NCBI RefSeq assembly: GCF_001194135.2
Contig: NC_068983.1
Coordinates: forward strand, 113,645,761 to 113,689,598
DNA length: 43,838 nucleotides
Source of the DNA: Octopus bimaculoides
Lineage: Eukaryota
Direction: 5' to 3'
The notes beneath the pieces are model-generated. The model was not told where the DNA came from and ran no database searches. It saw only the letters and a program-made list of their open reading frames with translations. Within the stretch, counting starts at the first letter, position 1; the number at the start of each line of letters is the position of its first letter. This document shows, in pieces, positions 34,226 through 43,838 of this stretch. A program made the translations under genes and the position numbers.

Positions 34226-34832
34226 TGACACTTAAGAAAGTTAAGATGGGTTACCGATGTGGGATGAAATGCCCATCATTAAGCCATCTTCTGTTTATGG
34301 ATGACCTGAAATTGTTTGAGAAATATGAAAAACAGATAGATTCTTTAACCAAAACAATCCAGAAGTGTGGTAGGGACATCGGTAAGGAGTTTGGGATCAC
34401 CAAATTCTCAGTACTTAATATGAAAAGAGGGAAGAAAGCAGCCTGCAGAGGATTGTGGTTACCATCAGGAGAGACCATGGGATAACCCGACGGTAGTGGG
34501 TATAAATATTTAGGAATTTTGGAGCTGGATGACATTCTATATAGAGAAATGAGAATCAAGGTCAGCGAGACATCAAAAAAGGGTGAAGATGATGTTGCAA
34601 TCCAACCTGAATGCCAAAAAGTTGATTTGAAGGCGTAGCTAGATTGATGAAGAGATTGCGGAAGACAACTATGGCAATTGCACTTGTGGTAATCGGCGCA
34701 GTTGGCACAACACCCAAACTGCTACTGAAGACGTTGCAGAATACTGGCATTGAGATACGCGTTATGTATTGCACATGTTCTGCAAGATTTTTGAGATTTG
34801 GGGAGGCTTGTTGTCCCCCAGGTTCAAGATGA
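34225..34832 (+). mobile_element. R4/Dong-type LINE, 5'-truncated and internally deleted (RT motif fused to RLE C-terminus)
   Basis: LSHLLFMDDLKLF...IGKEFGITK...YKYLGILE, then a jump to ALVVIGAVGTTPKLL. Confidence 0.85.
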
Positions 34833-36454
34833 CATCCATTCTAACTAAAATAAATATTTTTCAATAGCTCAAGCGCCCAACATCAGCAACAACAAATCAT
34901 ACACGTTTTTTTTTTAATAAAAGAAGGTGGTCCTATGCCTGAAAAAAGAACGATCCGGTTTTTAACGATTTTGATCATTGCTCTGTCCTGTTAGAATGGA
35001 CCTGCGGTTAAAAACATACTGGAAATTAATGGTATCAAGCTCATACTAATATACTTATATCCATATTTCCAACTCCATGAAGATCTGGAAAAAAGATATA
35101 GACAATATCCTTACTTGCCAGATTAACTAAAACATGTATACAAACATGAGTAAGAAAATATCAACACTAAATAAATTCTGACGTTCTTCAATCCTGAAAA
35201 GCCAAGAATAGAATTTTCAGTTGCATTCGTTATTTTATCTAACGTGATCTTGTAGTGTAATATATTAATGACTTTGACCTTATTGACATTAAAAATCACC
35301 ACAAACACTCGTAAAATCGAAATAGATAATGTCCGTATATTCAACTACTTAATTTCTCCGGTGACGTGTAATAATTTCTTTAAATAATCTGAATGACAGA
35401 ATTTTAATACCTGAGTGCGTGCACATGTGTGTGTGCATGTGTGTAATTTTCTTTAGTTAAACTATGACCCAAATTCGACCAAGATAATGCTGAAAGAATT
35501 GATTACTTCTTAAACTCTAAATTTAGATTCAAGACCATATCAAATACTTTAAGATTTGCCCATTTCCACCGCAATAAAAATAGTACCACGAAAAGCACTT
35601 TATAGAATATAAGTAGACGGAGCTATATCTGAAAAGAATCTGCAATAAAAAGGCCTAAATTATAGAAGAAATTATATCTTTAAATGCTAACTTGTTCTCT
35701 TCTTTGGAACTGAACAATATAAAGCAAGAAATTTACAAAATCGATTTTATTTGTTTAAAAGAAAATGAATGCAGCTAACTGAGCACTTTTTCTCTAAATG
35801 TCTCATTATCAAACTAATGATTGATCTTCACTCTCTTGCATGGGATTTTAGAAAGGAGGTAGTATATCATTCTCGTATTTAAATATAATGTACTTAATAA
35901 GGACAATATTAGATCTTAAGTTGATACATCATTTTTGACGTTCAAAACATACAGAATTTTTGTCACTTATTGGATGTTGTTATATAAAAGTTAAAGCATA
36001 ATACAAAGTATAATTGACAGAAAAAGTAAAGTATCATATCATGTAAGTGTAAACGATGGCTTATACTCTAAGATTTAAATGATTCTTCCTGGAAAGAAAT
36101 TTGAGACAGATATACATCAATTTCTGTTACAGGTTTTCTCTTTCTAGCATGTATCATTTCTATAAAATTCAAACTCATTGACATGAGATAATGTTGTTGT
36201 GTTTTTTTTTGTATGGTTCTTCATAGAATTTGCACGATGCGTATTCAATGTTTCTGATGTTTTGGTGGGAGTACTGCAGTTTATGGACAAATATTTCAAA
36301 GAGGAAGTTGACATAGAATTTATCCGTCTGGTCTTTGGATGTCTTTTCATATTGTTTTATTTTTTTGTATTTCTTACTATATTATCGGTTACTTCCCTTT
36401 CCATATTAATTCAATACTGATTACCATTTTGTATTTAGAGCATCGGATGTTCTC

Positions 36455-37390
36455 GGATCTATTCCATCTCAATCAGAGATTTTTCAATTCATTTTTTTTT
36501 AACTAAACAGTTTGAAACTTCGAATTCTGGTAGAATTTCTCACGTAGAACACGGTTAACTCTGAACGGTTTTGACAAAATTTCTTATTTTAGAAGTTATT
36601 TCGTATTAAAGTTGTCGTATTTGGGTAATTTCAACCAATCAACGACGTGTATTCGGTTGAAGAAACCTACTGCTGTTTGCGATAGTAATCGAAGAGGAAC
36701 AATTTCTGAGTCATCTCTACTAAATGTCATCACTTTGTTCTATTCGTACGGCGAGCGAACACGATGTCACTTTCATCCTTTCTTCCTTTCAAGCCAGCAC
36801 CGTGCGTTCCTTACTCTCTCCCTCCATTCTACACTATCAACTAGCAACCAATGAACGAACTTGTCACTGTCACTACAATTAGTGTATTTTCCGGTGTACA
36901 AGCCGCTATTTGTTTTGTTTTACCTTCATGTTTTGATTATGTTATTTTTTTCTCTAATAAAGACTTTTATATTGACGAAATGCGTTTGTTGTTGATTGTA
37001 GTAAGATAAAATCATGACAATAACAATATATCTCATAGTTGTAAAATAAGGTATTTTGAAACTACATATGCGTCAACAACAAAAAACTTAGTTACAGACT
37101 CGTTGCTCTATGATGTTGATTCTTCGAACAGAGTGGTTACATTTAGTAGAGATGACCCGGAAGTTATTCCTCTTCGATTACTATGACAAACAGCAACGTC
37201 GTTGATTGGTTGAAATTACCCAAATACGACAGCTTTAACACGAAATAACTTCTAAAATAAGAAATTTTGTCAAGAACGTTCAGAGTAAACCGTGTCCTAC
37301 TTGAGAAATTCTACCAGTATATGAAGTTTCAAACTGTTTAGTTACAAAAAAAAATTAATTAAAAAATCTGTGATTGAGATGGATAGATCC
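36455..37390. mobile_element. Second non-autonomous long-TIR DNA transposon (936 bp) with GG termini and an 8-bp TSD
   Basis: Arms ~36455-36740 and ~37126-37390 are reverse complements apart from one ~27-bp indel. A perfect TSD ATGTTCTC lies at 36447-36454 and 37391-37398. Confidence 0.88.
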
Positions 37391-38169
37391 ATGTTCTCAT
37401 ATAGTATTAGCTAGTGCCTTTTCCTGTTGTAAAGTAACTTATATTACAGAATATCTACATGATATTTTTTCGATTCACGCATTCAGTTCAAATGTGTGAT
37501 ACGCAGAAAATAACTTACTGTATTTTAATACTATTAATTTTCATTGAAGACAGGTTAGGAGCCCCAAGAAAAAACAAAATCTGTTTACTGAGGTGCATGA
37601 TGGTTTCACCGCCAATATCTTGTAGATTTACAACCAAGGATAACTGAGGTTTTACTGTATACTGAATATATGTCCTGACCAATGTACTGATATCCATGTT
37701 ACTAGACATTAGTGCATTGATATCAGCAGTTGACAATTTTCATTTTATTTGGAAAGGGCTAAGCAAAAGTTCTCAATATATTAAAAGAAGTCAAGTCAAA
37801 CAGCTTGCTTACAAATAGTGGAATACTAATGTAATATATAGTATTAGGACAGAAACCAAAATCTACGTTATTTGGCGTAGCCATAATGCATTAGAGGCTT
37901 CAGAGAAGAGCATCAGCAGCACAAGTGAGAAGAGATTTCTTATTTTTCTTTTTCAGTATTCTCTACTTAAAGTATAAAAACACCTGAAGCACTACAAATA
38001 CTATATTCAAAATTATTCATCACCTCAATACTACGCTATATTATAACTATCACACATATGTTTGTCTTCAGAGAAAAGATCTGTATAGACATGTATGTGC
38101 ATAATCTCTCTCTCTCTCTCTCTCTCTCTNNNNNNNNNNNNNNNNNNNNNNNNNNNNNNNNNNNNNNNN

Positions 38170-38490
38170 TAGTGAAGTATATTTGCCACTTAAATGTGGC
38201 TGACCCCGAGGGGTGGATGTTACTGTTGCTTTTAGCCCCAGGAGGACATCTCCTCCAGCTGGCTATCGACACACATTTTTGCCCTGTCTGTATTTGCCAA
38301 GGGAAGTTATCTTTCCCATCTTGATCTACGATACGTACGTACCCGAGTTTCAGGGTTATTTCCCTTCTTCAGCGTACGACAATCGCCGACCCTCGATATC
38401 AGTGAATAATTTCACTGGAGAAAGTTACATATATTTGCCAAGGGATGTCTTTTGCATCGAAGGTCGGCGATTGTTCCTCATAGAGGCTTA
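38170..38490 (-). mobile_element. GC-richer non-coding repeat-like segment hosting the minimal hammerhead
   Basis: Compositional island next to a gap. It contains the ribozyme, a 19-bp inverted repeat and a 14-bp direct repeat. Family unresolved. Confidence 0.45.
38334..38378 (-). ncRNA. Minimal type I hammerhead ribozyme, 45 nt, intact core
   Basis: Minus strand reads CGTACG-CTGAAGA-AGGG AAATAA CCCT-GAA-AC TCGG GT-A-CGTACG. Stem I is 6 bp, stem II is 4 bp and stem III is 2 bp with a near-palindromic loop. The triplet is GUA, with the cut predicted between 38340 and 38339. Confidence 0.87.
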
Positions 38491-40528
38491 ACATTCAGAC
38501 ATTTAGAAACGCTGCACAAACTTTAAAAGATAAATTCACTGATCCTGGAGATCACCATAAATTCTGCTTACAACATCTAGAGATCAACTTAAATTCTGCT
38601 TACATCATCTGCACTGACCTTATGCTACAGTGTAAATAAATATTGTGTCCAGGCTGGATGCGTAGTTAGCAAACAAATAAAAAATGATACCCAGCTAAAT
38701 GAAATGATGTAATTATATTTGTTGCTAGTAAATCAACATGATTAATCCGGTTATCGATAAAAAATGCCCTCCCTCATTTCTACTGAAAGCAGTATCATCG
38801 TATTAAAAATACAAATTATATCACACTCTCCAAAAAAATAACCGACGCATTACTCACTACCTTTAGACTAAAATCAAGAAGGCATTTCCATAAATCAGTC
38901 AAAACAAATTTCAGCCATTAAGAAGTCTAAGTATATAAATGAATGGAAACACCCTCCACACAGTAGGAATTTGCTGATGACCTTACTGAACTACTACCGA
39001 GATTTGATTGTCTAATTTGACTGCAGTAGACATGGAAACTGAGTGACATAAGACCGCACAAGAATAGCAATTAACCTATCACCCACTTCGATCCCGAGAT
39101 ATGAAACAATTCATTAGGTTGGAGAAGTATACATGAAGTGGATCGCAAACGCAAATTTGGAGGCGTAAGAAATACTTTACTAAATTGCAAACGTGGCATT
39201 AATATAATACCGTTAAACCCGTAGAGTTCTGTATGGTAAGCATTGTACACATGTTTTTTTAATGCCACCTGAAGTGAATTTATATCAGTCACGCCGTTAT
39301 GTAGTGCTCTCAGGAAATACATGAAAGTTACCATATATTATTTCCTCTCCTTTCACACAAAGGAAATTAAAACGCTACGACAAAGTCAATCAAATATATT
39401 GCTATCTTCAAACAACCAAGGAAATAGTGGTTTTTCCTTCAGATACTCTTACAAATTTTGACAAGCCATTCTTGTAAATTTTCTATTCATTTTTTCTGAA
39501 TTATTTCAATATCAGATCAATTGTGTGCTCTGCTAGTGTACCTTATGAAAAAATGTTTAAGTATATATGAAAACAGAACTCGGTGTAGCTACAATGGAAG
39601 TGAAGGGCAAATAAGCAGATTGTTACAACTGAGAATTAAAACTTTCAAGTCAAAATAGTTGCTGCATTTGTTAATGTGACATATTGTTGATTTAAATTAG
39701 GAAAGCCTATGGGATTAATCAACGCTTAGAATAAATGTTTCATAAAATAAGTCGTTTATAAAATCAAAATCATCTTTTAGCTTGCAGCGAATTTTGTTCG
39801 CAACAAAACTTAACAGTTGACGTCAAAGTAAAATGCTTCCCAGCTTTTGCAAATGTTATATGTCGTCATTTTTCTCAGTAAACTATTAAGTCATATTGTG
39901 TCACTGGATTTTAATAAAGTATTAAAATAGGCCACGTCAATAGGTTTTGGTATATTTGTTATAATTTCAGTGTAATCAAACTTATCGCCCGTTTGTCACT
40001 GTAAGTTACGCGCAAGGTAACCAAACTTACTCAAAATTAAGCTCAAAGGAAGCTACACCCGAGTGGTTGGACTGAGGTGGCGAACGCATAAACTGCACCC
40101 GTTAATCCAACATGACCTGACCACCGAACCTGCACCAGTTTTCACCTGGCCTTGCTGGGGAGTCTGCTTTTTTGATTCTTGTGAAGCTACTCCAAAAGAT
40201 GCCTGTAGAGAGAGAACAAAAACTGAGAGAGCTTGTGTGTTTGGTGGTCAGAGTGTTCCTTGATTGACTCTGTTTGGAGACTCTCTTGTACTAGGAGGAC
40301 TGCATTATTCATGCGTTCATACATTTTGTATAACTATGTATGCTCTTTATCTCATTTCCCTTTCTTCCTCTAATCTTTTGTATGTAAACCACCACATAAT
40401 GATTAACTGCCCGAGTAATATCCTTTTCATTGATATTTAAGGGGCAAATAAAAAACATCATTACTATTATTATTATTAATAATACTATTATTATTATTAT
40501 CATTATTATTATTATTATTATTATTACA

Positions 40529-40710
40529 AAGGCGGCGAGCTGACAGAATCGATACCATGCCGGACAAAATGCTTGGTAGCATTTCATTGGTCTTTCCCTT
40601 TTGAGTTCAAATTCCACCTAGGTTGACTTTGCCTTTCATTCTCTCGGAGTCGATAAAATAAGTACAAGTTGAACACAAGATTTCAGGCCCTGTGTCTATC
40701 GTTGAAAGGT
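40529..40710 (+). mobile_element. SINE family C following a (TTA)n array
   Basis: AAGGCGGCGAGCTGACAGAATCG...GAGTTCAAATTCCACCTAGGTTGACTTTGCCTTTCAT...GTCGATAAAATAAGTAC. Confidence 0.82.
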
Positions 40711-40734
40711 TTATTGTTGTTGTTGTTGTTCGAG

Positions 40735-40960
40735 TAGATGATTGGCTAAAGGGTTAAATCGTCGAACAAAATGCCTTACAGTAGTTGTTCCGATGCTTTA
40801 CGTCCTTACGTTCTGAATTCAAATCCTACCAAGTTCAACTTTCCCATCCTTTCGGGGCCGATAAAACATAATATCCAACATGTACTGGTTTCAGTGTAAT
40901 CGACTGACACTTTCCCCTTTAAACCTGTTGACCTTGTGCCAAACTTTGAAACCATTTATA
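40735..40960 (+). mobile_element. Older SINE family C copy in tandem with the previous one
   Basis: TTACGTTCTGAATTCAAATCC...CATCCTTTCGGGGCCGATAAAA...GTAATCGACT...CCTTGTGCCAAA. Confidence 0.72.
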
Positions 40961-42307
40961 ATCATTATTATTATTATTAAAAGTATTTTTACACTTCAGA
41001 AAATCGTGTTTTTGGATCAGCTAATGCCAAACCCTTGCTTCTCGAAAGAATTTAACAGTAGATGTCAATGTAATTGAGTCTAATAGAACAAACATAGATA
41101 TCCGGCTTTTCTGGTGGTGGCGGGCTCCTTTTAATTCTAGAATATGAAGAAAGTATAACATCTGTCAAGCTCCAACAGGCTCAAGAAATAATTTAAATAC
41201 AGTGATTGGAGATCAAAGCAAAAAGTTACAGTTGTAGTTTAGGATTTCTTTATGTATAGCTAGCTGTATTTTGGGTAGTAGTAATGTTTATAAATATCGG
41301 ATGAATGAAGATAGCAGGAGCAAACGTGCCGGCGTGAAGTTAGTTTTAATTGAGAATTAAGCAGAAAAATCAGAATATTCCGCGAAATGTTCAAATGCGA
41401 TCGAGAAAACGTGTTGGAATGAACATTAGCTGATTCAGATAATTCAAAATACTTCTTCAGGTAATTCCTGATAATTATTCCTTTTTTTTTTTCTTCTATA
41501 TCAATTTAAATCTTTCATGAGCGTGATGTTAGTTTGTTTGCTTAAAATAATTTTCAGTTGTAATGAAATCATTAGAGAAATTATAAATTTCCCCTTTCCC
41601 CATCAAACAAAAAAAAATGCCGAAAAAGTATAAGCTTGATAATTTTTTTCTTTCTATTTTCTTCTGACTCAGAAAATGTAAGATGAAGCATTTTGTTATT
41701 TTTCGATTTTTTTTTTTTCAAAAATATATCCAATATAGTGTTTAATAATAGTTTAGTTTGTAATTAAACAGCTGTTTAAATATTGGTGAATTTTAAGGAT
41801 TAATATATAAAAAAAAAAAAGTTATTTACACAAGATAATAGAAATTTTTCAACAATCATTACAAATTACAAGAGAATATTCATTATGAATATAATTATTT
41901 TTATCATCATTGTTATCTTACCATTATAAATATTCATCAATAACGCACTTGTATTTGCTACTGTGTGTGAGAAAGAGTCCAAGTAAATTGAATACAAAAT
42001 CTACTGGTAAATGGGGACATTATATTTCTTGTCTCCACAATACATAATTTAGTAATTTAGGCTAACTGGGACTATGACTGAAGTGTCAGTGGGGATAAAA
42101 TTTTACGTGGACGACGAATTTCTAGTGTTAAGAATATATGGATATATTCATTTTATTGACTTCAGTTTCTGGTTTTACTCGATATCAACCGTAATATTTA
42201 TTTGTCTAGCACATATTTTATTGATCTAAATTTCATCAAATGGATAACGTACCATTTTTGCACAGCACCATGTGAAAAAAAACCTGTGTTGTGGGAAACA
42301 CATAAAT

Positions 42308-42308
42308 T

Positions 42309-42344
<36 letters not shown>

Positions 42345-42941
42345 CACAACACACACACATATATATACACAACACACACACACACACACACAACACACGC
42401 ACACACAGTGGCCCAGTGAAGATTGGTTAGACATTCTAAAAATTCTCCATCTGAGATTCTTATGTGAATATATGCACACGCTTGGGTGTATGTAGAGACA
42501 GTTCAACCAACACACCAACTCAGCCACATATTTATAAACAACAGGAACTCTCTTAACTCAAAAAGCCTGGTCGCTTTATTAGCGACCGGCTTGAACTCTC
42601 TCAAGAAGTCAAATAAAACCCAAAGAAAAATTATACACACATGCATNNNNNNNNNNNNNNNNNNNNNNNNNNNNNNNNNNNNNNNNNNNNNNNNNNNNNN
42701 NNNNNNNNNNNNNNNNNNNNNNNNNNNNNNNNNNNNNNNNNNNNNNNNNNNNNNNNNNNNNNNNNNNNNNNNNNNNNNNNNNNNNNNNNNNNNNNNNNNN
42801 NNNNNNNNNNNNNNNNNNNNNNNNNNNNNNNNNNNNNNNNNNNNNNNNNNNNNNNNNNNNNNNNNNNNNNNNNNNNNNNNNNNNNNNNNNNNNNNNNNNN
42901 NNNNNNNNNNNNNNNNNNNNNNNNNNNNNNNNNNNNNNNNN

Positions 42942-43014
<73 letters not shown>
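42308..43014. repeat. (CA)/(TA)/(GT) microsatellite cluster flanking the gap 42647-42941
   Basis: Directly visible in the sequence. Confidence 0.9.
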
Positions 43015-43017
<3 letters not shown>

Positions 43018-43352
43018 AGGTGATTCAAAAGTTGAGTTCCTTAATGTACCCAAAGTCTTCCCTTTTGTTACTCCTCCTTCACGCCTCCTCACGACAACCG
43101 TCATCAACTTCTCCATTGCATTCACTACCCTCCTCCTCCTCTTAAATTTCAATCCCTTCGTTGACTGCCATAGCTCAGAGTTTCAGTTGTTGATACTGCT
43201 AGCTCCCTAAAGTAGGTTGAGCAGTTAAATCAGTTGTATAACTACAATATGACGGTAATTATGTTCCATTGTTCGGCGAATTAAGCAGAATTACTATTAT
43301 ATTGTACCACTTTTATGCCAATGAGCATTGTCTCGCCTTTTGATAATGGCAT

Positions 43353-43389
<37 letters not shown>

Positions 43390-43801
43390 TAGAAATGGAA
43401 ACTAAAATAATAAATTGAACTATTAAATAATTTAATCATTAAATGATAAATTCAATTCAATTTTATTGTTTTATAAAAACAAATGACACACCTAGTAAAT
43501 TAGAAATGTTTCTACATCATTAATAAAAACAAGTTTTTCAAGAATGATAAAATAACGTTTTAGATATAATGAGGTTTCATCATACAGACATATCTTCTTA
43601 GATATCTTAGGAAAAATAGCAATTGAAAATTTTTATAATTGCTAACGCTTTTCAAAACAAAAATGCTTTTTAAGAGCAAGCTTAATCATAATCAAATAAT
43701 CTAACTCAAATTCCGTAAATTCCTAAATGTAAATCTGTTGGTATCTAGTTCTATAACCGATTTTGTTACATAATACACACAGTCATGTATGCATTTATAT
43801 A

Positions 43802-43838
<37 letters not shown>

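Noticed and set aside
36144-37736. Short ORFs on either side of the 936-bp element (36144-36350, 36199-36420, 37515-37736) as a disrupted host gene
   Set aside because: Removing the element does not give a continuous frame, and no motif is recognisable.
42563-42600. Bacterial intrinsic terminator or contamination
   Set aside because: The surroundings are microsatellite-rich eukaryotic DNA with no bacterial-type genes. It is kept only as a low-interest hairpin.

Overview
This is repeat-dense, AT-rich eukaryotic DNA with eight N-gaps and no recognisable host protein-coding gene. The SINE, LINE and microsatellite content resembles a coleoid cephalopod (octopus) genome; this is inference from pattern recognition, and a nucleotide search would settle it. 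Nearly everything interpretable is transposon debris. DNA transposons: a piggyBac element with TIRs and TTAA-type target sites, a FLYWCH+MULE (Mutator) transposase pseudogene interrupted by a young SINE, a complete but dead Tc1 DD34E element, two non-autonomous long-TIR elements with 8-bp TSDs, a pogo-type MITE and DINE-1/Helentron-like elements. Retroelements: a Tx1/L1-clade LINE, several R4/Dong-type LINE fragments tied to (TAA)n arrays, CR1/L2, RTE and Gypsy remnants, a Penelope-like GIY-YIG remnant and three tRNA-derived SINE families. The most notable signal is not in the ORF track: type I hammerhead ribozyme motifs. Two face each other in a 770-bp inverted repeat and carry an unusually long (105-nt) structured stem II. 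One minimal 45-nt motif with an intact catalytic core lies at 38334-38378. One decayed motif lies just downstream of the Penelope ORF. Also notable are a Tx1-type LINE inserted inside the tRNA-like head of a SINE and a ~550-bp non-coding element that sits in (TAA)n arrays directly upstream of Dong fragments.
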